64,000 bases of DNA from Bispira polyomma. Lineage: Eukaryota. The stretch covers positions 52,142,001 through 52,206,000 of the forward strand of contig OZ287748.1 of NCBI GenBank assembly GCA_965649765.1. Reading direction: 5' to 3'. Every line of letters begins with the position of its first letter. Positions within the stretch are counted from its first letter, which is position 1. Position numbers and translations under genes: made by a program. Under the pieces are notes generated by a model. The model did not search any database. It saw only the letters and a list, made by a program, of their open reading frames with translations, and was not told the origin of the DNA. Below, piece after piece: positions 37,363 through 49,309 of this stretch.

Positions 37363-37813
37363 AATAGGTGTCGCTTCACAATAGGTGTCACCTTCTTAGC
37401 CACTTGAATGGAGGTGCCAATTACAGGTGTTAACTTTTCAAACCTTTGAATAGATGTGGCAGCAGAGGTGTCAACATTATTCTTGAGTTCAGCTCTGCCA
37501 ACCTTTTGTGGTTGGCAAAACCTACCCTTTTGTGTCACCTTTCCAGAGCCAAACCTGTCAACCTCACCCTTATGCCTCAGATTTTCTGTATATCCAGTAT
37601 TATAAACAAACATTGATTATCTGGTACTAGCAGTACTTTTTAAAGCATCACTATAACTAACATTCGACCTTTTGACCTTCATGTATGTACACATTTTCTG
37701 ATACACATTTTTTTCAAACAAATGAAAATCTTTGAAGCCTGTGCCATAGACAGTTCTATTTACAACCTTAAAATTTTCAACCTTTTTGTCCACGTCATCC
37801 AAGCAGTGGCCCC

Positions 37814-38853
37814 TCAGTTTTTTGCCTCTTTTTTGCTACACATACTGGTCTTATGACTACCCCCACAAGTTTCACAACTATGCCTATACATTTGCCCCCC
37901 TGTATTATGTGAACTAGAGAACTTGCAAGTTCCTTCTTGGAAGAACCTGCAAGGTGTCGACTTTTTCTGACTAGTTTTACTACTGCCAGTGCTAACAGCA
38001 CGGCCATTCGCCCCATGAATAGATCTTGACACATCTACATGGCGTTGGGCGTGGGCCCTGCGGATCCGGTCGACCTTCTCGACATCCAACCACCCGAGCT
38101 TGTCCATTTCCATATTTGTTAGGACTACCGCGTGGCAGGCCTTCGCCGCCTCCCACGAAAAGTCTTGGGCGTCCTCCATGAGGCCACTGATGTAATCTAG
38201 CATAGCATTCTTAATTTCAGTCGACTTCTCCTCGTGAGCGATCCGGGTGAAGCCACAAACCCATTGAACAAGTCGTCATAACTAGGGTGAGTCTTCGAAC
38301 TGCCGGTCAGCACTTAATTCTGGGGCCATTCGACCGCCTTTTTCACAATAACCTTGTTCCCCCCAGTTCTCTGAAACTTAATTTTACCTGAGGGAGTTTC
38401 GTTAAGAGACCGGAGGTCCTTTAACCTCTGTTCGACTTGCAACTGAATCTGAGCGTTCTGACTCAAAAATTCGACACTCGGAACGACAGTATCTGGGCCA
38501 GTAGGTGGGCTTTTACCTTCGTCAGCAGAGACTAGATCTTTAGAAACACTAGGAGTGATGCTAGAAGTAACGGTACTTGCCTTACTACTGGTGAGGTTGG
38601 CTGCCAACGCTGCCTCTGTCTGCTGGACTCGCTGATCCATCTTCTCGACTACCTGGCTGAGCGATTGCAACTGCTGTAGTATAGCGCTAGATACAGCCTC
38701 GTTCGGATGAACTAGCGAGTCCTCATGGGAGCCAGCGTCAACTTCCACTCCCTCACCCAAGACATCAGGCATATTAACCGAACAGTTTCTTCCAACAGGT
38801 CTCTCATGTTTTTGCAAACATTTCGGACAAAACACAATCTTTTTACCTGGCAT
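37814..38853 (-). pseudogene. gag-like ORF1 (one stop, one frameshift)
   Basis: N-terminal FCPKCLQKHERPVGRNC; WPQN...SYDD; C-terminal CRFFQEGTC...H...HSCETCGGSH...C Cys/His finger. Confidence 0.85.
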
Positions 38854-40289
38854 GACTTGAGTGTATATTGAATTAAAATACTAAAACCAAACAAACAGTA
38901 TAAAACATAAAACACTCTCTTTGTCACCCAAACAGTATTTGAATTTTCCTAGTGCTTCTGCTGACAAATGGTAAAAGGCGGGAGAATTTGAATCTTTTAC
39001 TTGAATTCTATCCTGCATGCAAAAACGTATGTTGTTGTATATGGTTTTATATGGTTGTTATATACTGGTTTTCACAGTTCAGACTACCGATGACGAAAAT
39101 TACTTCTAAATAGTAAACCTCTACATATTGAAAAAGCATGAAATATATAAAAAGATGAAGTTTATTCCTAAAAGTAATTAATGATTATATTTATGTTTTC
39201 CATATCACCACACATTATTTATTGTATTAGTTTAAAGTGACTTGTAAGCTCTCTGGTGGGCTGGGTATATTGTATCTGTTCTACATTTATTGTATGTTGT
39301 TTTGGTTTATACACATGTCACTATAATAAATAAATTGAATTGAATTGAATAGTAAAGCATTCATCAAAATTTTTTATATGAAGTGTGATTAGGTGATGAA
39401 TTAGCTACTTAATAGTTGTAATACTAATTGGGACTGTATATCCAAAATTAAATGTACTTGTTATATATGATATAATTGGCTCATTTTCGAAAAACAGTGC
39501 AAACTGCTGATGTTGAAAATAAATTTCGAAAAAGTAAGACATTTACCATAAATTTAATATTAAGAGTGATTATGTACTGAAATTTACACCTTATAGTTGT
39601 AATACCAGTGTAGGGTAAGTATTGACACTTTATGGTAAAATTTGAAATTTGAAAATTTAAAATATTTTCAATTTTCGCTCATGTGCTTCAGTCCTATTTT
39701 TGAAAGCCCAAATACTGAAACATTGGTTAATGTAGTTTGTTCGAGCTTTCTGATCATACTTTCTGATCATACACATACACATATACACTCATATGTGTTC
39801 GTCTTCTGCATTTTCCTTGAACTGCTCATTTAAATATTGTTTAATAAAGCAATTACTGCCCAGTGCACATTAAAAAAAACGTCTTCGATGTTTTCCTTAA
39901 ACTTCTGATTTAAATATTGTTTAATGACTTGCCAGTATTAATAAAATAAAGCGGCTTCTATCAGTTTTGTGATAAAAATCGTCAATAATAAATTATATTG
40001 TGACTTTATTAAAGTTCTTTGTTAAAAAATTGAGCCTTTTTTGTCAAAAATGGGCTGTTTTGGTAGTTTAGAGACACCGGTTTGTATCTTGATGGCCCTT
40101 TCACCACCCTCGCTGTTTCGAATCGGCTAGGGGGGCCCGTTTTGACACCCTCATATATTTGTATTGGTGTCTAATTAACTTGATTGGACTCGCAAATTTG
40201 GTGATATTGCAGGTCATTGTAAGGTAATACTTATGAAGTTATCGGCTTTTAGTGGTCGAAATTTCGTCAACAAAGTAAATAGTTTTTAT

Positions 40290-40530
40290 CAAGTTTTGGC
40301 TTTCGAACTTCCAGAGATAATTTGTGGCACTTTTTGGACAAGCTGGATAGTGGACTGCTGTGGCCTAACAAGTGACTGCTGAGGTGGCCGTGGTGCCTGT
40401 GGTCTGGGCTGTGGCTTGTGGCACACAAACTGTGCTGCCTGTTGGTGTTGCTGTGGTATAAAATTAGGTGGCCCCATCTGGTACATAGGTATTGGTTGTG
40501 CTTGGTACTACTGTGGTTGGAACTCAGTTA
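40290..40530 (-). pseudogene. Probable Harbinger accessory-ORF fragment
   Basis: Q/P-rich PQQHQQ...PQPRPQAPRP resembles the minus-strand segment at 9700-9840 in Harbinger 1. Confidence 0.35.
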
Positions 40531-40599
40531 TCTTTTCAATCGAAAAGGGGAAATCAAACAATCTATTGTTAGTACATGACAGGATAACTCAGGGGGGGG

Positions 40600-43500
40600 G
40601 GGGGGGGGGGTGACCCGAGAGACCATGACTTATCAGCTGCTTAGCACCCACTCGCAGAGGTTTTAAAACGTGTTTGAAAACCTCTACAAGTGTCCTGAGT
40701 CAAAAAGATAACTCGTTGATAATGGCCCCAAACGCACATTGTGACGGTCCGGAGCTATGATTGGCATAGTGGCACAGGGTATTACCTTGTTGTTGAGAGT
40801 AACACACATACCACATGGCTCTCTTATATCAACTTACCAATATATAGGTTTACCATATCATTGAAGATCTGTGTACAGTTAACCATGAAACTCAGTTTCA
40901 ATATACTTTCACCCTCTTACTCAACCATCCTTACCATAGCCACTAATCTATACTTTTAATGTAAATGATGACAGTTTACTATTTACCAGAGTATCTCTTT
41001 GCGAGGATGCTCACTGATCCTCAAAGAGTCTGGGAACACTGTCATTTATTGATGGTAAATCTCCATGTAGAAGAGTTTTAACAGATTGGTGTACACACTA
41101 TACAGGAAATAGCATTCATATCTAAAAGTCAAGATAGAGTTTAAAGGGGGGGAAGATCTACAAACATAGCAATTATTGCAGCATAATATCAGTAAAATAC
41201 GATTTAAAATGTAGTGAACGTTATAACTAGAGTGAAACCACAAGGACATTGATTAAAAATGTTTGCTTTGCGAGGACTTACAGGGTATAAAGTAACAAAT
41301 TTAAAACTCCCTCTCGATGCGGAAGTAGGACTGAAAGCAACCTGTTGGCATAGCAACCAAACCAACTGGTAAAACATAAAAGGATACTCACAGCTACAAG
41401 TGGAAGCCAATATTATTCACAGAGTGTCACAACATTAGAACTAAGTCTGTGGGTGAGGGAATGTCTGGACAAGACATTATATATGGGTGGTCAGATGCTC
41501 CAAAATATGTAAAACATATGCTTTTTTGTTGGCACCATTTGATGTAAATAATATAGACCAAATGTTGAAATTTTACTACATCACTGGAATTATGTGGTAT
41601 TCTGTGTAAAACAAGAATCCAGAAAACCAAGGGTAGCCAGAATCGGGCACTTTGAAGCATATTTAGTAATAGGAAATAAGAATTCTAGGTTTATCGGACC
41701 AAATATGGCCCTCAACTGAACTTCCTCTGTGAGCTAGTGGAGTACATGAGAGAGATGATTTGTGTAGAAAGAATATTGTATTCTTCAGCCGGGAAATCTA
41801 AAAATAACCCAAAATGTAACAATTCTACAACTTGCCAGTCACATGCAGATGTTTTTCCCAAACATGTAAGGTTTAGGACAGATTGAACCTGTACTCGACA
41901 TTTTTGAAAATTGTGACATTTTGAGGCTCTAACCTGCTTATGAATTTCCCATGACTAGTGTTGCAACTGGGGAATAGTTGGAGTAATCTCTCTGCATTGG
42001 GAGTGTCATAATGCAGTAAGGTGAATAAAGCCGAAAACCCCGTTTAATTGAATAAACCATTTTATAAAATCTGGATTTTCGAGATCGACTTTACCTTGTT
42101 CCTTTATTTGGAGATAATGATCAAAGTTAATTTTTAGATTTCTACACAATAGTCGTTCACTTAATCCTAGTGTAGGCCTGGCTACATTATAGACAGACAT
42201 AAAGTCGTTTTCATGTGCATGACTTACCCCAACGTCGCTCATGTCCCCTTTCTGAGCACTACTACCTGACTTAGCACGGTCAGCCCAGGACTCTTGGGAA
42301 TTATAGACATTTTCAACATGATATTCATTATGAGCCATGTCAACCTTGCTTGTATATTGGTGTACATTATGGAATGGTCCTGGATAAAGGTCAGACTGAT
42401 TAATTCTAGCTTTTACACCAGCAATCAGCTGTTGAAGAGGATTGACATTATCATATGAGACCGCTGGCCCACCCATTGTTTCACTATTATCCAGGCTCAT
42501 GACATTATCTTTTATATTAGATATCTTCTGACTTTGTTCTGAAAAACAATTTTTATTATTAGCCATTTTAAGGTAAGATACTTGAAATCGTGATCTGTGG
42601 TTGAAGTATAAGTTCTGCTTTGAAAGGCCTGGCATGGGACTGATTTTTTAGTACCTCTGTTCACATTAGTGTTGGATTTTGTCTCATCTAGAAATAAGTG
42701 TTGGGCATACGTTCTGAATTTTTAATTTTTTTCTGTGTTATGCCAGGTGAGTTCACTGTTCTTCATCTTACTAAAGAGAACAGTGAAGGCACCATTGGCT
42801 GAAGGCCACAAAAAGTCGACCACATCTTGTAGCATATTTTGCAAAATAATTGGATCCTGCTGCTCAAGTAGTATTGCAGAAAAATCGACCATCCATTGGC
42901 ACATTGTTAGATCATCATAGCTTACCCATGTACGTTTTCGCCCAATTAGGCAGAACTGTTTAGGCCACCTAACAGTTACCTCAAGTATGACATCCCCATT
43001 AGGGCCAGAATGGCATAGGCCTTCCTGGATGATGCCACCCCCCCCCCCCCCCCAGTTGCTGTCGTCTGAGAAATTATCTGTTGCATCACTGGTCTTTGTT
43101 GACCCATTGTGCCTGCAGCTGTAACATGAAGATTCTGAAAGTTAGGTATAGGCATGTTTTGTACTTGCATGGTATTAACATAAATACCATTGTCAGTTAA
43201 TAGTGTAGCATTTGGAGGTTGTATCGTTGACATCAAAGGGCTAGTGGAGGTTGTAAAAATCGATGTCGTTCCTGGTGTGAGATATGGCATATGCTGGTGC
43301 CCCTGCAGCAGTAGTAGTTAACCCTGGAGCACTATACATTTGAGAGACTGTGGATACCAGAGATGTGCCTGCATGGCCCATAGATAATGACACCGTGGAT
43401 CAGTGGTAATGGTAGTAGTAGGTCCAGCACTGGCACATCATACAGGGGTAAGTGTAGGCTTAGCCATTGGGACTGCAATGGGCTAAGAGCCAGTATTCAA

Positions 43501-43900
43501 ATGCAATAAGATGTCTAGAAAAAGCGCGTAGCTCAGCTAGTACTAATGCAATGTCATTAGAATTGACAGGATGAGGTTGTACTACCTGTTGTATTGACAT
43601 CCCGGGGAGGTCCATCACTAAGACTGCTTGAAGACCACCCATGTGTATGATAAGTGGAGTTGCACTGGTATCTGATGTGATACGCTGTGTGTAACTGGCA
43701 ATGAATTCACCTGCTGCTTGGTCTTCCGTTGGCATTCTCGACCACTCTGCATAAAGGCACTATATCTGCCAACGGGTCTAGGGAAAGAATTGGCAGAAGG
43801 AACAGAAGAAATCTCTCTCTTGGCTCATAAGATTGGCTCACCAGTAATTAGCACACACAAAAAAATAAAATCTACACAAGCCATGTTAAGAAGAAAAAGA
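40600..43900 (-). mobile_element. Highly decayed Ngaro-like YR element (copy 4)
   Basis: FCSFCQ...RPVGR gag start (~43770-43830); WPKQ...SYDDLTMCQW...NML; KWFIQLNGVFGFI and DWQVVELLHFG homologous to the copy 3 pol N-terminus; YR remnant ~41430-41660; ends approximate. Confidence 0.7.
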
Positions 43901-46314
43901 AAAGAAAGCATATATAAAATCGTATTTGCAGTCACAAAATATTTTTTCTCCAGCATGTGTCACACTCCCTAAGGTTAAAATATGAATGTTAATACAGCAC
44001 ACCAAAGGGGGAGAGGTGGTGACGAAAGGATGGTGAATGAAATGGGGTTCAAATAATTGAATTCAGGGAGGAAGGAGGAAGAATTCACCAAAGGGGGTAG
44101 TTGAATTGAAGAAAGATAAACAGAAAGTAAGAGGATAGTCAAAAAGGAAAACCACAGAACAGAAAAGGTCAGGTGACAGTGCAGCCCGGACATGACTGAC
44201 ATTCAAGGCACATGAATGCCAAGAATCTAACGCCTAAAAACATAACCACTGTCATAAGGAATGATTTGGAGGTGTAGGGAGAAGGAATTAAGGGGAATAA
44301 GTAAGTATGAAGAGAAAGGTTTAAGTTGTTCCTAAACCCGGAAATTGTTTCTAGTGATTTAAGCTGAACTTAGAGACTATTCCATAATTTAGGGGCAACA
44401 ATTGAGAAATTTCTAGATCCAGCGCTCTCAGTAGGTTTTACAGAAAAAAAAACCAGAAAATATCTTTCCCCTCTTAAAATTACTGAAGAAAAAATGCATA
44501 ACAAGGTAGGAGGGTTGTTGAGAGACAAACACGTTGACAGTGGTGACACAGATTTTGAACAAAATTTGATAGTGAATAGCCAATGTAATTTTTTATGTAT
44601 GCAGAAACATCAGCATGGTAACCCAGACGAAAAATGACTCTACTTCGATAATTTTGAATGGACTGTAATATGTGAGACTTTCTTACTTCAACAAAAAGGG
44701 TACTGCGACTACTTTTTCATAAGTTAGCCACAGTGATAGCAATATCCAATGACAAGTGATGTGATAGTAACATCAGTGACAAATGTTGCTAATGTGCATA
44801 TCAAATGAGAAAGCAGTTTCATAAAAAATTTGAAACTGTGACCTTTAAGGTCATATAAGAAGTTTATAAGTTTCAGTTAAGTGTGACTTAAGTTTGGAGT
44901 ATATTATCTACAAAATTCGTTAGAATTTCTGTACAAATAAATTTTTATAGCATTTAAAAATTTAAAACACTGCCATACGGCTAAGTAACAACGGGACGTT
45001 AAAGCATGTCCACATAATAATAAAACAATATGAGGACTATAATTCTGTCCCATGAACCAATTATTCAATTATTCATCATGTATAATATGTTACAAGTGTA
45101 AAGGTTTAAGCCCTTATCAATATTAAAATATTGTTACATTAAAAATCGTACATATAGAGCAAATAATCACGCTCTTACATTATATCATTAGGAGCAAACA
45201 ATAACCCTCTCCATATATTTCCCGTTTTATCAATACAGGATGGGTATATTTATTAATCTTCACCATGACACAACATTTATTTTTATAGGTGGTGAAATGT
45301 TTATTTCCATCCCTTTTTAGAAATCTCAATAATTTTTAGGTTTTAAGAACCCAAAACCTTGGACACCAACTGCCTGGCAGGGGTGAGTGCAGCTCCTCAG
45401 AGCCCCTATTCTACTCTGGTACCCTTATGGTACGAAGAGGGAAGATTAAGATAACTGAACCCTGCTTGGTTATGGGTTCGAACCATCAAATACAAGACAA
45501 ATTTTTAATTTTTAGGGAGGGAGGGAGAGGAAGTTTTTGCTTTACGCCAAGGTTCTTTATGTTATTAGAATGGTGTATATCTTTGCCCAGTAAAGCAATG
45601 GGGAATAATAATCTTAAATACTGACTGATCTTATGTGTTTCTTGCTCCCAATGAGAATTAATTCAGTTTTGTTGGGATTTAATTTCAATTTAGAGTGTTC
45701 ATCCAAGCCTGGTCGGAGGAGAGACAGGAAGTAGACCAAGATTCTTGTGGACATTTTGATGACTGTACTAAGGAGATGTGTGTGAAGGGTAAAGGTAATG
45801 TAGGGCCTAAGAACTGAACCCGGGGTTACTCCTAATGGTAGGTTCAAAGAGGATGAGAAAAGATCATTCAGTTTGATTTTTGAGTACTGAGAGCGAGATA
45901 GGATCTAATCAAATCAATTATAGTGCCATTCATTCCAAACTACTGTTAATGGATATCAAATAGTAAAGCATGGTCAATGGTATCAAAAGCTGCTGAGAGA
46001 TCAAGAAGGGCTACAGTTTTGTCATGATCCAAGGCAAGGTTTATGTCTTGACAGAAGGAAATGAGGGCACTTTCTGTGAAACGGAAGTGAAACTTTATGT
46101 AAGCATATTGGTGTGAGTTTGTAAGGTTTTCTGGGTTGAGGTGGTTGGAGATTTGTTTTGCAACAGTTTTCTCAATGATTGTAGAAACAAAGTTGTGGTT
46201 AGAGACTGATTTTTGTCAAGCTCTTATTTTTATAGTGAGGGGGGCAACATACAAGCTTTTGAAACAAAAGAGAAAAATACCATCCCTAAGTGAAATATTA
46301 ATAATGTTGGTAAT

Positions 46315-48537
46315 CAGTGTTCTCCGCTTAGCTATAAATTTTGCAATCCTGCAGGACCTACAAGTCCCAAAAGTTTCAGGCCTGACACAAAAGTTGTCAG
46401 CCCAGTAAATAATAATCTGGCTGTTTCTTACATTGACTATTCAGAACAGACCATGGATGATAGTATAATAAATTATTAATTAATAAATAAAGCAATGATT
46501 TTGCCCTTTGGTAAAGTGAAGTGTGGTTTTACAGCATAAAATATACCTATCAATTCTAACAATTGCTACATTTGACTCCGCTGGAAGTCGGCTCGGTTAA
46601 AACAAAAAATCACGACACTACCTAAGCAGACAACATTATACAGGTCACGTGTCTGAGCACCAAGCGGGCTTCCGCCCCTTACCTTTATTACAAAATTGAC
46701 CACCAAACGGGCACACATTATTTCGAGAATTTATTTATTTCTCCCGAAGTTTGTGTTTTTTTGTCATTTTTGCTTCATATTTCTTAAATATGAAGGAGAA
46801 TAATTAGAGTTTGTCAGACGAGGAAATGGCTTACTTGTGGACTGTTTTTTGCTGAGCTGGGATTCTCACCATTCCTGCCCTGTGGGTAGGGCTGCATCAA
46901 GAGGCCTAGATACTTGCTTACTGAAGATAGAAAAGGAGTGCAGTATTTGTAAGAGTTTCTCAGCTGACCAGTTTAAGATTTGCCAGGATAAGTCATTCTG
47001 TAAGAAGATATATGGCTTCCTGTTGGATCATGACTCCAATGAGTCCTCTCTCCCGACATAAGTCAATGGTACCATTAGGAAGAGATCTCTGACTAGTTGA
47101 ATGGATGCTAGGGATAATAGTGATGACAAGAAGTCTTCTAAGAAGTCTAGTAAAAAGACTTCAGAAAAAGCAAAGTCGAAAGCCTCCTTACTGCCATTTA
47201 AGGGTTACACAGGTGGCCAAGGCTAAATCAGATGAGGTACATCAATCTCCAGTGTTTGCAACTTCGAAAAAGATGGCTAGGGGGAAAATTTCTGCCCAAA
47301 GCTTTAACATGGTTCAGAAATCTTCCATCTCCAAACGACTGAAGCTGATATCTTGAATGGCTGTCAGTCCTACTATGACAGTTCCCATTCACAAAATGAA
47401 AAACAATAATCTCCTGTTCTTTTATGCTGGAGTCTGTAGACCCGTCCGAAGCAACACTAAAATTTTTACTGACTTCAAATCTTCTTTAAGTTCATTGCGA
47501 GCTGCAACAGCAATATGCTTGACAAAAGTTTGGCATGCCCCAATATTTCTGTACGTGCCAACTGTCACACCATTCGCTTGGTTCAGGTTGCAGATCCAGG
47601 AAAAATCTCTAAAGGGTTGCCCATGCTTTGCTAAAGCTTGTGCATTTTTAAACAAAATTCTGAGTTTGTCAGAATATTGTTTCTGTATGCTGCTAAGAGC
47701 CACAGTGACAGGAGCGGATTCTGGATAGAGGTTTGCAATTATCAGAATATGCAATTTCTGAGCATGTTTAGGTGCTAAACTTCTTTCATGGAATGCAATT
47801 GATTCTGATTTGTATGAAGTAAAACCATCGATAAACTTTGTAGATGTCATTTCAAGGTTATCCTTGTCTTCAATGCACCATGTACAAATCATGCTAGTGC
47901 TAATCTTTGCTAGTTAAAAACACCCTTATTCTTTTTTATCTTTAAAACTTCTATGATATTGATTTCTGGCATTTTTTTTCTTCTTATATGGGTCACTTAC
48001 CCCTTTCAAGTACTTCCACATATTTAGTAAATATATGGAGCTAGTATGAATGTACTACTTTAATATACACTATTTTACCTCTTAAACATGTATGTCACCA
48101 AACCAAAACAGAAACACAAGATGTTGATTGTACTAAAGTAGTGTGAAAAGTTTAAAAACTAATGTGTTTTGTACAACATCCGGTGTGAATTGTACAAAAA
48201 CCTTTAAATTTTCGCTGAAGTTTCTACGTTTAGTGAGACCCTAAACGACCCGGATGTTGTAACTTTGTAAACAAAGAAGATGGCGGATCACACGTTTTTG
48301 TCAAATTATTGAAGAAAGTTACAAAACCTGGGTATTTATTGGTTAAAAAAACTTATTTTATATATTTTGAAGCGATTTCTGGTACTCGCTATCGTGGGTG
48401 AGTTACTTTTATGTTGGCGAGCACGAGTTCCTATCTATTGTTAGTGGACAGCCGGACTGATGAAGTGAATTAGTTTTCAAACCTACAACAATTTTGTCAG
48501 CCTCGGACAGCCGGGTCAGTGCTAAAGTTGAACACTG
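46315..48537 (-). mobile_element. hAT DNA transposon, internally deleted (ZNF862-like transposase remnant)
   Basis: Termini CAGTGTTC / GAACACTG; 8-bp TSD TTGGTAAT (46307-14 / 48538-45); ORF 47422-47892 MICTWC...LAKHGQPFRDF...YRNIGAC and SDGSTD in the adjacent frame. Confidence 0.88.
46520..47355 (+). mobile_element. DIRS1-like 5' fragment (gag N-terminus) nested in the hAT
   Basis: WDSHHSCP...LDTC...CSICKSFSADQ mirrors WDEHGWCPTC...DPC...CKFCDALTDKQ of the 61-kb DIRS. Confidence 0.6.
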
Positions 48538-48602
48538 TTGGTAATCCGGGCAATTACAACATCTAGGCATCTCTGAGAATAGTGGCAGGGATAGGATCCG
48601 GG

Positions 48603-49060
48603 ATTTAATGTTAATGTTTTTACTTCTATAGCGCCACAATCGATGACCAGGCATCCCGTGTGGTGCATATCCTAATAAGTGTGCAGAGGATAGTCCGGTA
48701 GACGGAAAAAGGTAAGCGAGCTGATACAGATGTGTTTTGAGTTTTTTTCTGAAGCCTGTGATGCTTGTCTCAGTCTGAAGACTAGTAGGGAGACTATTTA
48801 ACTCAGCAGGTGCTGCAACTAAGATTGAATTTGAACCAGCAGATTTTTTGGGTAGGAAACCAGAGGTGGAGAGACGAATATCTCTGGTGAGATTGCTGAG
48901 AGACAGCATAGATGATAAGTAGGCAGGTTGTTATACATGGACTGTCTTAAAAATGAGGACAATTGCCTTAAATTTAATACGGAACTCAAAAGGCAGCCAG
49001 TGTAATTGTTTAGGCAGAGGTGTTGTGTGAGTGCATGGACCAGCCTCCATACAATTCTGC
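48603..49060 (-). mobile_element. L2 LINE 3' end
   Basis: LKQLHWLPFEFRIKF; VAAPAELNSLPTSL...GFRKKLKTHLY; tail GGCGCTATAGAAG + (AACATT)n. Confidence 0.8.
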
Positions 49061-49239
49061 ATAGCTTATTTTGTATTTTCTGTAGCTTGTTTATTTGGCC
49101 CTGTGAAATTCCATATAGTAGTCAGTAGCAGTAATAATAGAAGAGGATTTTATGAGTTTGAAAACATCATTCTCAGACAGTGTGTGGAACTAGAGCAGAT
49201 TGGAAACTTTGTAACCAAAGTATGGTGGGATGAATTGAG

Positions 49240-49309
49240 ACATTGTTGAAAAGCCATTGTTGAAAGGCCATTGTTGAAAAGCCATTGTTGAAAATGCTGT
49301 TGAAAATGG
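49240..49309. repeat. 14-bp tandem repeat (CATTGTTGAAAAGC)n
   Basis: 4-5 adjacent copies. Confidence 0.8.

Larger units (their letters stand above)
33757..39000 (-). mobile_element. Ngaro-like YR retrotransposon, near complete (copy 3)
   Basis: gag - RT/RNase H - YR order; ends approximate. Confidence 0.92.
44330..48600 (-). mobile_element. L2 LINE remnant interrupted by a hAT and other insertions
   Basis: PDPIPAT...RITN|IINISL across the hAT; LLDLSAAFDTIDH; KLKLNPNKTELILIG; LQSIQN..LHWL at ~44570-44670. Confidence 0.75.

Noticed and set aside
42640-42652. AAAAAAT at the gag/pol boundary of YR copy 4 as a second slip site
   Set aside because: Degenerate, and the downstream ORF is not in the -1 frame as the sequence stands
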